Assembly (NCBI RefSeq): GCF_009914755.1
Contig: NC_060926.1
Direction: 5' to 3' (one strand)
DNA from: the human T2T-CHM13v2.0 reference genome, Homo sapiens
DNA length: 64,000 nucleotides
Shown: piece by piece, positions 35,391 to 49,706 of the stretch
Numbering within the stretch: the stretch's first letter is position 1
How the letters are laid out: every line of letters begins with the position of its first letter
Notes under the pieces: generated by a model
What the model saw: the letters and a program-made list of their open reading frames with translations, nothing else
Databases searched by the model: none
What the model was told of the DNA's origin: nothing
Made by a program: the position numbers and the translations under genes

Positions 35391-35464
35391 AAATATGTCA
35401 TTAAATTGTATCCTCTGTTCATATAGGTGTTATTATTACTGTAATAAGTTAGAATCACACATAC

Positions 35465-35737
35465 TCATCATTATCAAAATTGTAAAATGAGAAGAGCTTT
35501 TCTGCCATTATTAGCAGCTACTTCTTTCCAATACTCCCCTCTTGAATATTTATTTATATTCAAGGTTTGGGAATTTGTTTCACCCTGCCCTGTCCACGAG
35601 TAGTGTTCAGTAAAGATGCATGTGCATATTGTTTTTGAAAATATGTTTTTAAACATATTTTAGAAAAGGACGATGTTCTATTAAAACAAGGTAGTGAGTC
35701 TCTAGATGAACGAATCTTATGAGTACTTAAAGAATGC
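35465..35737 (-). pseudogene. Pseudo-exon, 273 nt (about aa 310-385)
   Basis: GGTCTACAG| ... TGA|GTATGT. ETHYLVL...KHI ~ EQLHLVM...EHV; ends FSFYNFDND; one internal frameshift and several stops. Confidence 0.6.
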
Positions 35738-36524
35738 CTGTAGACCAAAATTTTGGTCAGAAAAAAAATGGGAAAGAAAGCTGGAGAATTCGCTTTATAT
35801 GAAAAGAGGCAGGTTAAGACTATAAAAGCCAACTGCCTGGGAAACCACTCATTAGAAAAAAGTGCCATTCTCTATCTTCAGAAGTCACAGGATATACCTA
35901 AATAGGCTTTGTGATTTCACCCAGTTCTCCGTGTCACACCTCTGAAGTGTCTCCAGAGGATTAACGATCACAGTGAATATTTAGTAAATGCTTGACCTTG
36001 ATGTTGAGTTCCTGGCGCTCAGTAAACACTGGTTCCCTCCCTTCCTTCCTGCCTGCTTTGAGGAGGAGAAATCCAAAGCCTCATGGACTGCAGTGATTTT
36101 TAAAATACCAAATAAGTAAGTCTACAATTAGATCAGAGAAAAAGACGAGTTTGAAGAGAAGGGAGCATGTTTACTGTGGGCGAGGAGGAGGTCTGATCAT
36201 TAGGGTAGATTGTAACAGCCATTTTGGAATGGCCTTCGGCCAGCAGCTGCTGAGCATTTGAACTCATTTCTGCAGTTCTTTCTCAGCTGATGTGTTCTTC
36301 CCATCAGCGGTGAGTCAGATTCTGGCCCTGACCTTAGTGGCAGACACTGGCCGAATGACCGTAAGCACCGCCCCTGCCCCAAAGGCCTCCTCCCTCTCAG
36401 AGACCAGAGATCTTTCCTCCTTTAGAAATTCCACATGTAGGTTCTAGAGGAGTCTAGCTGGACCCATGGGTAAGCCATTCTCAGCCTCCTGGCAATACGA
36501 TAGTAACTGGTAGATGCTTTTCCC

Positions 36525-36930
36525 TATATTCGTGTGCTCAGGCTGCCATAAGAAAATACAACAGATTGGATGGGCTAAACAGCACCAGTTTATTTTCTCA
36601 CAGTTCAAGGGCCAGAAGTCCAAGATCAAGGCTCCGGCAGGGTTGCTTTTCCCTGAGGCTCCTTTTCTTGGCTTGCAGACGGCTGTCCCCTTGCTCCCTC
36701 TCTGCATGGTGTTCTCTCTCAGTGTATGCATTCCTGGTGTATTTCTCTGTCCTAATCTCCTCATGTTCTTCTTGTAAGGACACAAGGACACCAGTCATAC
36801 TGGATCGGGGCCACCCTAATAGCCTCATTTCATCTTAAAGGCCCTGTCTCTAAATACAGTCATATTCTGAGGTACTAGAGGTTAGGACTTCCACAAATGA
36901 AATTTGGGAGACATAATTTAGTCTATAACA
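36525..36930 (-). mobile_element. MLT1A/B-like LTR
   Basis: GGCTGCCATAAG...AGAAGTCCAAGATCAAGG...TATAACA. Confidence 0.8.
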
Positions 36931-37393
36931 ACCACTCAGTTGCAGTCTTTTTTCTGTGTTTAAATTCACACACACCAATATGACACTTGGAAAAAAGCTA
37001 AACAAACAACAATAGCAAAAGCAATGGTCTCAGAAATCAGAAGAGCTGGGTTTGAGGCCAGGCTTCGCCATTAACCAACATCTCCCTTCACCTCCGTGTT
37101 CCTGGTCACTGCCTCTCATGAAGCAGGGATGAGACCACCACTCATTTTTCCAGCCTCTGCAGCCTGTTGGGAGGACCGAGTGAGAAGATGTGTGGGGAGC
37201 CCTTCACGGCTGTTCAATGTTGACCATCACTTATGTGGGGGCTCCTGGTCCAGTGGCTTAGAGAGTGGGCTCTGGAGTTGAACTGCCTGATCCAAATTCC
37301 AGAGTCACTGTCATGAGCTGGTAAACCTTGGCTAGGTGATTTCCTTCCTCTGTCCCTCAGTTTTCTTTTCTGAAAAATGGGAATGATGATAGC

Positions 37394-37746
37394 TGATATG
37401 GTTTGGCTGTGTCCCCACCGAAATCTCACCTTGAATTATAATAATCTCCACCTGTCAAGGGTGACAGGTGTAGATAATTGTATCATGGGGGGTGGTTCCC
37501 CCATACTGTTCTCGTGGTAGTGAATAAGTCTTGTGAGATCTGATGGTTTTATAAATGGGAGTTCCCCAGCACAAGCTATCTTGCCCACCACTGTGTAAGA
37601 CGTGGCTTTCTCCTCCTTTGTCTTCTGCCATGATTGTGAGGCCTCCTCAGCCATGTGGAACTGTGAGTCTGTTAAATCTCTTTTTCTTTATAAATTACCC
37701 AGTCTTGGGCATACCTTTATTAGCAATGTGAGAACTGACTAATACA
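37394..37746 (+). mobile_element. THE1 solo LTR inside a MIR
   Basis: TGATATGGTTTGGCTGTG...GACTAATACA; TSD ATAGC/GTAGC. Confidence 0.92.
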
Positions 37747-38046
37747 GTAGCACTGACTTTATAGGCTTGTTGTACAGATTAAAGAAGTCAGCACTCACTA
37801 AAACTGTGTCACAGTAAACAACCCAGCACATATTTTCTATGATTATGTTTTGTATGGGTCATCAACCTCTTGTGCTCTCTTCCAGTCTAGCCCCATCTCT
37901 CACATCCAGTGCCCCCTTGGTTTTCTCCTGAAGGGGGGTGTCTTTAGCAATGGTGGTGGGCTTACAGTGCCCTTACAGTCCCTCAGAGATGAGAGAAGTG
38001 AGAAATTTCCCCAGCCTGGTGCCCCAGCACCTGTGATGAGGCCAAG

Positions 38047-39030
38047 TGTATTAGTCCATTTTCACAGTGCTGGTAAAGACAACCTGAGACTGGGAAGTAA
38101 AAGAGGTTTAATGGACTTACAGACTCAGTTCTACATTGCTGGGGAGGCCTCACAATCATGTCAGAAGGCAAAAAGGAGCACGTCATGTCTTACATGGATG
38201 GCAGCAGGCAAAGAGAGAGCTTGTGTAGAGAAACTCCCATTTTTAAAACCGTCAGATCTCATGAGGCTCATTCACTATCACAAGAACAGCGCAGGAAAAA
38301 CCCATCTCCCATAATTCAATCACCTCCCACCGGGTTCCTCCCATGACATGAGGGAATTGTGGGAGTTACAATTCAAGATGAGATTTGGGTGGGGACACAG
38401 CCAAACTATATCATTCCACCCCGACCCCTCCCAAATCTCATGTCCTCACATTTAAAAACCAATCATGCTTTCCCAACAGTCCCCAAATTCTTAACTCATT
38501 TCAGCATTAACTCAAAAGTCCACAGTCCAACATCTCGTCTGAGACAAGGCTTTTCTGCTTATGAGCCTGTAAAATCAAAAGCAAGTTATTTACTTCCTAG
38601 ATACAATGGAGGTACAGGCATTGGGTAAATACAGCTGTTCCAAATGGAAGAAATTGGCCAAAACAAAGGGGCTACAGTCCCTATTCAAGTCCGAAATCCA
38701 ACAAGTCAGTCAAATCTTAAAGCTCCAAAATGATCTCCTTTGACTCCATGTCTCACATCCGGGTCACACTGATGCAAGAGGTGGGTTCCCATGGTCTTGG
38801 GCCACTCCGCCCCTGTGGCTCTGCATCCTCCCTCCTGGCTGCTTTCACAGGCTAGTGTTAAGTGTCTGCCACTTTTTCAGGCACACAATGCAAGCTGTTG
38901 GTGGATCTACCAATCTGTGGTCTGGAGGACGGTGGCCGTCTTCTCACAGCTCCATTAGGCAGTGCCCCAGTAGGGCTCCCCCACTCACATTTCCCTTCTG
39001 CACTGCCCTGGCAGAAGTTCTCCATGACAC
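38047..39030 (-). mobile_element. THE1 LTR (38047-38413) plus truncated internal region
   Basis: TGTATTAGTCC...CCAAACTATATCA followed by THE1-int sequence. Confidence 0.9.
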
Positions 39031-39350
39031 CAAGGTGGCAATTGCCCTCCATGGAAGGAAGCTGTCTCACTCTGCCCAAACTCCCTGACACGTCTCTGCT
39101 GCTGGCCTGGAGGTGCACAGGACAGAGAGGAGTCTCTTTCAGAGACGTCATGATAGTGGCTCTAGAATTTAGACCAGACAGTTCAACTAGAGAGCCCACT
39201 CTTTAAGGCACCAGGCCAGGAGTCCCCACATAAGTGATGGTCGACATCCAATGGCTATGAAGGGCTCAGCACACAGATTCATCAGCCTCCTGGAGAAATG
39301 ACTCAAGGTGCATGTACTGTTGCAGAGCCACCAGAGCCATCTTTTCATAC

Positions 39351-39862
39351 TGATGTAGAAACAAAGACCAACCAGATGAGAACAAGCAAAGGCTATGTAT
39401 TCAGAGCTTGGATTTTGGCAGAGATTCAAAGGCAGGCAGAGTGAGGAAGCTTCATAATGGAAAAAAGGGAAGGCTTCAGGTGTGCCTTGATTGGAGGCTG
39501 TTAACGTGGGGAAGCTGTGGGCAGTTAAGTAGAAACAGGACATCCTATGTGATAGGTTAGGGGAGCATATTTAGCTCTCTCTGACTGGTCCTAAGTTGGA
39601 AATTTGGATTTAGGAAAGCTGTCAGTTATTAATCAAGTCCTGGCCCTTGGGGGTGGGTTATTACAGGGGCTATTGTTTGCTTCCTGGATTGTTACTAGAG
39701 ATAGCAGTCTGACTCCTGCAAGTCTGACTTACATCAGGCTGGCTTCCTAGGTGGTTACTGGAGATAAGGGTTGGTTTCCTGGGCTGGGTGCTGCAGGTTG
39801 TGAGTCAGAGTTCTATTTTTATATGTGGTCTGGTCATATTTGTTTGTATATTCAGTTTCTCT
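39351..39862. mobile_element. ERV LTR-like element, family unassigned
   Basis: About 500-bp segment resembling ERV LTRs, starting TG. Confidence 0.45.
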
Positions 39863-40330
39863 TGGAGGACAGCATGTTGTCCACAGGGCTCTTACAAGGA
39901 GATCTCTCAGGCTTCATTGTTCGTGTATAAATCTGGGCCAGTCCTTAACACCCATCTGCTTCCTGCAGGACTTTTGCAGAGAATGGCAGTGGCTGCCTTT
40001 TATTTTGTCAGGGTACTTGTGGATATAATGTAATTTTTTGCTGAAGTCTCTTGGCTCCAGGTCTTATTTCAAAGCTGAAACCAAAGTAACATTTTGGGCC
40101 AGAAGGAAGCAGGTGTTTCCCATTTTAGAATTTCAGAAGAAGAAGGCTCTAAGAATGTGGCTAAGTGGAGTAAACATGTATAGATGGGAGCTAATTACAT
40201 AAGTTTGGTTGCCACAAGCTCTTGATCTATGCAAATATGCTTCTGAGAAGAAATGTGAATTTGGAGACTGGGAGATTCTTTCTGCATGTATGATACTGAA
40301 TAAATTACTAATCTTCCTGAGGTCTTATAC

Positions 40331-40613
40331 ATAAATTAAAGGCAATAAAACCAGGCCTCAACGATTTTGCAGATATCCAACCCTCCTGGAGATACCACGT
40401 GTACAAAAAGTATTCTGAGCCACTTTCTGTGGTAGTATTGTCCTCACTGTGCAAATTTCTCCTTTGCTGGGCTGCCTGCTCTGCAGACAGAGCTCGTTTC
40501 AAATGCCACTATGCACAGGTGGGCATCTCATGCTGGCTCTTAACCCGTGGCATGTGCTGCTACTAATTTTAATTGTGCAAGTCTCTTTACTGCTTACAAA
40601 ATGGATTTTCACC
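40331..40613 (-). pseudogene. Pseudo-exon (about aa 235-310)
   Basis: AVKRLAQLKLVAA / VKSQHEMPTCA*WHLKRAL / GFIAFNL ~ NVPRLVNVLKMAA / VKKDRKLPAIALDLLRLAL / SYLCFRL. Donor TAT|GTATAA at 40325-30 (phase 1); acceptor uncertain; frameshifts. Confidence 0.65.
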
Positions 40614-41059
40614 CTTGGAATAGTATCAAGGTCCTCCAGATCTGGTCCTGGCCTTAGTCTGTCCCTAGTGCTCTAAACAAGTCCTTACTCTCACAAAACC
40701 CAGATATATACTCATTGTCTCCTGAACATACCAAGTTTGGTTTCACTTGGGCTCTCACAGTTTTCCTTTGCCTGGAATCTGCGTGGCTCCTTTTCCCTCC
40801 CCAACTCACCCCTGACCCTGCTTTGCTCTGGTTTTTATCCACGAAAGGCCTGATTCAAGCCTCACCTCCTCCAGGATGTCTTCTCTGACTGTATCAGACC
40901 ATGGTGATCTGATTCCTTTTATTTCTGAACAACTCTCCCATAGCACACTTGACTTTCTTATTCTTTTGGTAAGTGGGTAAAACTATACATGATGTTTTTG
41001 GTTATCTATATCATATTCTGCATCTTCCACTGGACAGTAAGCTTCAGTATGTCAGCAAC

Positions 41060-41356
41060 TTTTTTTTTTTTTCCACACAGGATCTCACTCTGTTGCCCAG
41101 GCTGGGGTGCAGTGGTGCAATCATGGCTCACTGCAGCCTCAACTTCCCTAGGCTCAGGTGATCCTCCTGCCTCAGCCTTCTCAGTAGCTGGGACTACACG
41201 TGTGCACCACTATAGCTGGCTAATTTTTCTATTTTTCGTAGAGACAGAGCTTTGCAATGTTTCTCAGGCTGGTCTTAAACTCCTGGGCTCAAGTGATCTG
41301 CCTGCTTTGGCCTCCCAAAGTGCTGGGATTACAGGTGTGAGCCACTGTGCCCGGGC
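41060..41356 (-). mobile_element. AluJ
   Basis: CTCACTGCAGCCTC and CTCCTGGGCTCAAG. Confidence 0.92.
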
Positions 41357-44300
41357 TCAGTGACTGTTTTACTACCTTATAACCTCACTGCTTAGGATTA
41401 TGCATTGTATGTTTCAATGCTCAATGAAGGTTCGTTGAGTGCAATGATGAAACAATGTGCCATGTGGATTAATGTGTTAAGCATATTAGAACACTAAAGG
41501 AACCAGTCCCTGCTGGTCCCAGCAATAAATAGTTGCCTGAAACCATTTCAGATCCAGAGGGAGGGGGTTTTCGGGACTTAGCCTTTATTATAGTTGCATC
41601 TGCAGTAATTCAAGGGGAAAAAAGAATAGCTTTAAAATTTTTATTGTAACAGAAACACAATGACAGCCACTGCATGCCCTATGGAGGGTTTTGGGTCTTG
41701 GAACACAGCTAGGCAAAGCCCAACCCATGGCCCTGAGGGTTCTGACAAATGGAATGGGGCAGGTGTGGGGGGCAGGTGGTGAGCCCCCATGCAGGTACAG
41801 GGAGTCTTTTTGAGCAGAAATGAAAAATCCAGCAGGGATGCTTCAAAAGATGACTGGGATTCTGGGCAGAATGGGGGTGAGGAGCAAGACCAAATAATGG
41901 GGACTATCACCCATCAGCTGGGCCAACCCTGGCAACAGTGAGCCCAGGATTGTGTGTTAAGAGGCCTAAGCAGACAGGGAGACCAGCACTATTGTGGACT
42001 CTGCTGGCAGCCACCTCCATGTATCTCGGGGTCGGCTGGGTTTCAGGTCCGGGGAGGGGACATTGCAGGACAAGGCAGGCTCTGTCCTAGAGAGCCAGGG
42101 CTTCTATTCAGATCAGCAAGAAAAGGCTCAGGCATGGAGAAATATCATGAGGGTGTTTTGGGGTTGGGGCAGGGGTGATCTTGTTCTCAGGAATAAAGTA
42201 AAAGCGCAGATGCTCTGGGCCCAAGTTCAGAGTTGGCTTTGAGGATGTGAGTGAGGATGACTGTAGAAATAGAACAGATGTGGAGCCTGGTGATGCTGCA
42301 CAGCTCCAAGGACCACAGAAGCAAAGCGACTTCAATATCCAAAGTCACAGTCCTTGTTAGCAGCAAATCTAGGCTTCAAGCCACATTCATGTGATCCGCC
42401 TAGTCCAGGGGCGGAGCATTTGTTCTAACTTACCAGGATTTTCATACAGTCTTCATTAGGGCTCTCAGTTTCTATGGTGGTGCCAAGACAGTTTCAGGGT
42501 ATGCTCTGACAGTGAGCGATTCAGGAAAAAGGACTTGATGGGAGCAGATATGCATTTTCCTGCTTAATATTAAGAGGTTTTTGTGTTAGATCTTGATCAA
42601 AAAGTCTGACCTTAAAAGACATCTGCAGTTCAAAGATGATGACTTTCACAATGACAATGACCATTACAATTCAGTTCCTCTCTGAAGAGCTGGAGAGAAG
42701 AGAAAATAAATGCCTGGAGTTCAAAAACAAGACAATGGCACCAAAAATCCATCAGAAAAAAGAAAGTTTTCCTCAAAAAGAGGATAACACAATACCCAGG
42801 GGGGAAAATTATGCCTTCAGTGAGGGATTTCATAAAGAGTTATGACATTTCAGATTCTCAGGAAGTTAAAATAGTTGTATCTCCATTGTGATATGCCCTT
42901 TAGGAAATCAATATAATTTATTGTGCCTCTTCAGGGCCCATTTTTTATACTTTGAAGTCTACAGGACAGAGTGAAGGAATAGAAACTCATTTAAGATAGT
43001 TCAAATAATAGAGGGGTGTATCATATTTTCAGAATCCGAGGACAGAAATTGCAGGGCATCTCAGTGGAACTGGAAATTCAGGAGCAAAGGTTGTTTTGTC
43101 TTCTTGCAAGGGCCTTTGTGGACACTCAGAGGCCTCATAGTCTCACTTCTCTCTGCTTCTCTCCTACCTCCCTCTGTGTCTTCTGCTCACAACATGACTG
43201 GCAGGCTAATTGCATGACATTACTCTGAGACTACATTCTTTGTGTACCTTGTGTTGGGTTTTTGAGAGACATATTCTGACTCAGTGCAGTCTAGTGAATG
43301 ACTTGCAGTGAGTCAGATGCCAATCAACTTTGCTGGGGGAGAAGGTGATGCTGTAGTTGAGGATGAAGGAGCAAGGCAGCAAAGGCTTACAGGGTACATC
43401 ACTTTGGATGGGGTACAGGTGGGGAGGGGCAGGCAACAGTCAGTATCTGCATCATAGACTATCATGGCAACAACAATGATGCTATAATTTGGGTGTTCTC
43501 CCAGGCTGCCACACAGTGGCATTGCTGTGCACACTTGAGAAAACTTTATGAAGTTACCATGCACAGCTTGTCATTTTGGTGGTCCCATTCCCTCAGCAAC
43601 CCTGAGATCCCAGTATCTTCCTAGATACTAGAAAAGGATGCATAAGCGGTAAAACCTTGACCTGAATTTGAGCAATTTTCTAAGTACAAAGAGTATATCT
43701 TTCAAACCTTTGCGTGTGTGTGGATAATTTGTGTATATGTCCCTCCTCTGAAATATTAATATAAATAACACCCAGAATCTGATATTCATAGGTTAGGGGA
43801 AAGTGTGTGGGGTATTTTTCTTTGCTTTAAATCTGGTGGGTTTTGGCATTTTTGCATTTTCCCAGTGTTTTAATCCTCTGATCTATGGGCTCTGGAATAA
43901 AGAGCTGCAAAGCAGATTACACCATTGGATGTGTTGTCAGCTATGGTGTGGTCACACTGTCAACAGCAGAGGGCTAGTTTAGAAAAAAAACTCAGCCATT
44001 TGAATCAATAACTCTAGTCCTAATGGTCTCATCAGCTAAGGCTGAGGACCTGTCTTTCACTCAACCTAAAATTGGTGCCTTCATTTGATTTTGAAAGGAA
44101 TATGAGTAAGTCAAAGTTATTTGTTTGGCTTACAAACTTGACTACTGTGTACACTGAATTGGCTTCAGTGAAATCCTTTTAATGTCTTTAACTTTAAACC
44201 CAGACCAGTGTTTTTAGCAGTGTGCTCTACTGTGTATGAGCAGTTAGGCAGGTCTTGGGAATATACTTGTTTTTAGAAACTGAGAAATAGTCCATGGTTA

Positions 44301-44413
44301 ATGTGAAGGGAAGAAGTTTGGCTTTTCCCATTATACTAATTAAGGGTGGATTCAGCTGCATATAATAAAAATACAGCAACAAAATAACAGTGGCTTCCAA
44401 AAGTTAGAGATAG

Positions 44414-44721
<308 letters not shown>

Positions 44722-45013
44722 GTTTTTTTTTTTCTTATGTAAAACAAACCTGGAGGTACATAATCCAGGCCTGTGTGGCCACTCCACAGTCAACAAGCTC
44801 ATTCTCTTCTGTTGTGCCATGATTACTGTGCCACCTCATGACTCAAGATGGCTGTTAGTGTGCCTATCATCACAGGCACACTCCAACAGAAAGCAGGAAG
44901 GAGCAAAGAAGGGTCGGCACCTTTCTTCTGTAGACACTTCCTAGAAGTTACACAAAATACTTACTTTTTCTTATGTCAAACTGGACAACATTTAGTCACA
45001 TGGGTATGCCTAG

Positions 45014-47380
45014 TGATATGGTTTGGCTCTGTGTCCCCACCCAAATCTCATGTTGAATCATAATTCCCAATGTTTGGGGAGGGACCTGGTGGGAGGTGAT
45101 TGGATCGTGGTGGTGGATTTCCCCCTTGCTGTTTTTGTGATAGTGAATGACTTCTATTGAGATCTGGTTGTTTGAAGGTGTATGGCACTCCCCCCTTCAC
45201 ATTCTCTCTCTCCTGCCACCAGGTAAAGAAGATTCTTGCTTCCTCTTTATGTGTCCGCCATGATTGTAAGTTTCCTGAGGCTTCCCCAGCCATGCTGAAC
45301 TGTGAGTCAATTAAACCTCTTTACTAATTACCCAATATCAGGCAGTTCTTTATAGCAGTGTGAGAATGGACTAATACAGAAAGTTGGTGCCAGGAAAGTA
45401 GGGCATTGCTATAAAGATACCAGAAAATGTGGAAGCAACTTTAGAACTAGGTAACAGGCAGAGATTGGAACAGTTTGGAGGGCTCAGAAGACAGGAAGAT
45501 GAGGGAAAGTTTGGAACTTCCTAGAGACTTGTTGAGTGGTTGTGACCAAAATGCTGATGGTGATATGGGCAGTGAAATCCAGGCTGAGTGGTCTCAGATG
45601 GAGATGAAGAACTTATTGGGAACTGGAGTAAAGGTCATTCTTGCTGTCCTTTAGCAAGGAGACTCGTGGCATTGTGCCCCTGCTCTAAAGATCTGTGGAA
45701 CTTTGAACTTGAGAGAGATGATTTAGGGCATCTGGCGCAAGAAATTTCTAAGCAGCAAAGTGTTTAAGATGTGACCTGGCTATTTCTAAAAGTGTACCCT
45801 CATATTTGTGAAGAAGGACGTGGTCTGAAATTGGAACTTATATTTAAAAGGGAAGCAGAGCATAAAAGTTTGGAAAATTTGCAGCCCGACCATGTGGTAG
45901 GAAAAAAAAAAACTCTTTTTCTGTGGAGGAATTCAAGGCTGCAGAAATTTGCATAAGTAAAGAAATGTTAATAGCCAAGACAATGGGAAAAATGCCTCCA
46001 GGACATTTCTGAGACCTTTGTGGCAGCCCCTTGCATTGCAGTCCTGGAGGCCTATGAGGGAAAAATGGTTTCGTGGGCCAGGCTCAGGGCCATGCTACTC
46101 TGTGCAGCCTCGGGACATGATGCCCTGTATCCCAGCTGCTTCAGCTCCAGCCATGACTAAAGGGGGCCAAAGTACAGCTTGGGCCATGGCTTCAGAGGGT
46201 GCAATCCCTAGGTCTTGGTGGCTTCCACGTCGTGTTGGGCCTGCAGGTGTGCCAAAGTCAAGAGGTGAGGTTTGGGAACCTCTGCCTAGGTTTCAGATGA
46301 TGTATGGAAATGCCTGGATGTCCAGACATAAGTCTGCTGCAGGGGCAGAGCCCTCACAGAGAACCTCTACTAGGGCAGTGCAGAGGGGAAATGTGGGGTT
46401 GGAACCCCCACACAGAGTCCTCACTGGGGCACTGCCTAGTGGAGCTGTGAAAAGAGGGCCACCATCCTTCAGATCTCAGAATGGCAGATCCACCGACACC
46501 TTGTACTGTGCACCTACAAGTTGAGTGCCACAGGCACTCAATGCCACCCTATGAAAGCAGCTAAGGGGCTGCAGAGCCACAGGGCTAGAAGTTCCTAAGG
46601 CCTTGGGAGCCCACCCCTTGCATCATTGTGTCCTGGATGTGAGACATTAAGTTAAAGGAGATTATTTTGGAGCTTTAAGATTTAAAGACTGCCCTGCTGG
46701 GTTTTGGACTTGCATGGGACCTGTAGCCCCTTTGTTTTGCCCAACTTCTCCCTTTTGGAATAGAAGCATTTACCCAATGCCTGTACCGCCATTGTATCTT
46801 GGAAGTAACTAACTTGTTTTTGATTTTACAGGCTCATATGTGAAAGGGACTTGCCTTATCTCAGATAAAACTTTGGAATTGGACTTTGAGTTAATGCTGG
46901 AATTAGTTAAGACTTTGGAGGACTGTTAGGAAGGCATGATGGTGTTTTGAAATGTAAGGAGGACATGAGATCTGGGAGGAGCCAGGGGTAGAATTATATG
47001 GTTTGGCTCTGTGTCCCCACCCAAATCTCATATGTTGCATTGCAGTCCCCAATGTTGGGGGAAGAACCTGGTGGGAGGTGATTGGATCATTGGAGGCAGA
47101 TTTCCCCCTTGCTGTTCTCATGATAGTGAGTGGATTCTCATGAGATCTGGTTGTTTGAAGGTGTGTGGCACTTCCCCCTTTGCTCTCTCTGTCTTCTGCC
47201 AGCATGTGCAGAAGGTGCTTGCTTCCCCTTCGCCCTTCCACCATGAGTGTAAGTTTCCTGAGGCCTCCCAGCCATGCTTCATGTACAGCCTGTGGAACTG
47301 GGAATCAATTAAACCTCTTTTCTTCATAAATTACCCAGTCTCAAGTAGTTCTTTATAGCAGTGTAAGAACAGACAATACA
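45014..47380 (+). mobile_element. Complete MaLR provirus (THE1D/MSTA type)
   Basis: LTRs 45014-45378 and 46994-47380; 1.6-kb internal region; TSD CCTAG/TCTAG. Confidence 0.93.
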
Positions 47381-47573
47381 TCTAGCTTACATGGAGAAAA
47401 GAAATAAATTTTAGCTGGTTAGCTGTGTCCTCAGCCAAAAATTGGGATTCTTAATACTAAGGAAGGAAGAATGGGTATCAGGAGGCAAAATTATTTCAAG
47501 GATCAGTTTGGTTTCAACCAAGTAAAGTATAAAGAAAGACAGTGGATGGGTTATGGTCACCACAAACATATAC

Positions 47574-47781
47574 TCTGTTTTTCAGCATGACATACAAATA
47601 CAGAGTTAACTGTTCAGGATGCCAGAGAACTTTAGTTGTGTTATATTCACAGTTTTCAAAGAGAATGGCATCAATAAGAACACTGACCTGGTTTAAACAT
47701 GGAAATCCACTAATAACTTTAAGCAAGTTTGAGGCAGCAGCATGAAATATATTCTTTCACAGAAGTTTATGTGTGGCATTT
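47574..47781 (-). pseudogene. Pseudo-exon, 208 nt, phase 2-0 (about aa 170-225)
   Basis: CTCTAAAG| ... AGA|GTATAT; 69 codons with one stop. TKVLWHPEQLTLYLYVMLK ~ NIILSSPEQLELFLLAQQK (ORF 47514..47726). Confidence 0.7.
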
Positions 47782-48947
47782 CTTTAGAGAAAGCATCCAT
47801 TTCTGAATCAGTCAGGATTCAGTTCTAGCAATAAGAATCATCACCCTAGGTATTTTAAGCAGAAAGGACCTAATACAGGAATCAGATGCTGACAAAGTCC
47901 CTAGAAAGCTGAAGGAGTGAAATTGGGACCCCAAACCCCATGCCTGATTGATGTCAAGAGTAAACCACTGCAACCAGCATGATCTGGAGGTTAAGCAGCT
48001 GCCACCACCACAGCTCCTCCTGCCCCTTGACACTCATGCCTTTGTGAATTTGCTTGCCAGAAGAAATAGTGAGAGGGAGACGGCCTCCACTCCCTTCCAT
48101 CTTCCAAATCTTACATCATTGCTTCTAACTGGTAGAACCTAAGTGGCATCCAGAACTCTAAAAGTAAAGAAGTCTTGGAAATGTAGTTCTGAGTTTCATA
48201 GATTTGGCAATGCTGGAAGTTACCACAAAAGGAGGGTAAAATGAAGATTGAATGAGCCAATCCATAGGATCTGCCTTTACTGCATTTAATTTTACCTACA
48301 GGCAACAACAGCAGCAAAAACAACAGATAGCATTTATTGAGCAACAACGGCAACCCTAACATGATGCGAGCTATTTTATAAACAATATGTCACATCCTCA
48401 CAACAATTTTATATATAGGTATGATTATTTCTGATTTTAAAATGAGAAAAAGCTGAGGCTTACAATGGCCTTACATAAACCTAGGAGGTCGGGGCCTTCC
48501 CTTTAACATTTGTCTTGTACACTACTTGGCCCAAGGTGATCATTTCCTCACTGTTGAGAGTTGGGCCAATTGCGTGGGAGATTCAGGCCTCGATTCTCCA
48601 CTGTGCTTTGGGTGTGGACACCTGGATCATGGAAGAAAGCCTTTTTCACCCATTGTTTTGATTACATTCTCCTGTCCTCAGGCCTTCCTTGTTTTCAGGC
48701 TCTAGTGGTTTCTACTACATTTTGACTTCAAGTTTTCTTGCTTCTCTCTAGGTGTTATAAGTCTTGCCCCTCTCCAACCCCAACTTTGAGAAAACAAAGC
48801 ATCACTTTTTCTTTTCCATTGCTCAAGTATCTTTCCAGGGAAGGCATCAGGTCTTAGTACCTTTGTCCCCCAGGGGACCCAACACGGGGCCTGGTGGACT
48901 GTAGGCCCTCAGATTAAGAAACGGATTCATCAACCAATAAAACATAC

Positions 48948-49081
48948 CTTTCTACAAACCCCTTCCCCATAAAAGCCAAGCTCTCTCTTTATTTTGGTTA
49001 ACATTTTTTTTTTCCTGAGTCTGCTTGCTAGGGAACTGTTGAAATATTAAGCCATCTAAGAGCAAAGGATATCTTTGTTCC
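48948..49081 (-). pseudogene. Pseudo-exon, 134 nt (about aa 130-170), acceptor AG mutated to GG
   Basis: Long pyrimidine tract then CTGG|; strong donor AAG|GTATGT at 48942-47. NKDILCS*MA*YFNSSLASRL ~ LRPALFANLFGVLALFQSGRL. A frameshift near the A10 run is needed to join the next exon. Confidence 0.55.
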
Positions 49082-49706
49082 CCAGAAAGTAAAAGAAAAA
49101 GTAAAAAAATTTACCAAGCTTAACTTATATATAAGTCCTAGATCTAATATAAGTCATTTAATTTATCCTTAAAACGTAGAAAACTATTAAAACTCTATTT
49201 TCTGATCTCAAAGGTGACTTCTGCTTGTAACATTAAGTGCTAAGTGGTAGTTTCATACTTTCAAATACAAATTATCAATTTTAAAATTAAAAAAATTTTG
49301 AATTGGGAATCTAAGTGGTGTAAAAGTCAAAGGGTTCAAAATGATATTTAGTAAAAAAAAAAAAAAAAAAAATCTTTTCCTCTCCATTTTCCCAGGTCTC
49401 CCACTCTTCTCTAAGAGTCAACCAATGTTAACAGTTCTTCTGTGTTTTCCTTAAGAGATGATCTACAAAAGGCAAAGTATTGAGAATTTATCATTTGTAA
49501 GATAATTTTGGTTTTGATATCATAGATTTAGATTGGAAAGTTGTTTAAACTGGTATTTAGAGTTATAATTTATGTCACAAATGAGAGTTCATGATATCAG
49601 CAATAATTAACTTCATGATGTGAAAATCCTGTGCACCCCTGGGAACCTTAAACTTTGGGCAAGATACAAAAGGGAAGGGAAGAGAGGAAGTGGTAGGTAA
49701 AGTTAC

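Noticed and set aside
46018-46524. 168-aa ORF
   Set aside because: MaLR internal-region relic.
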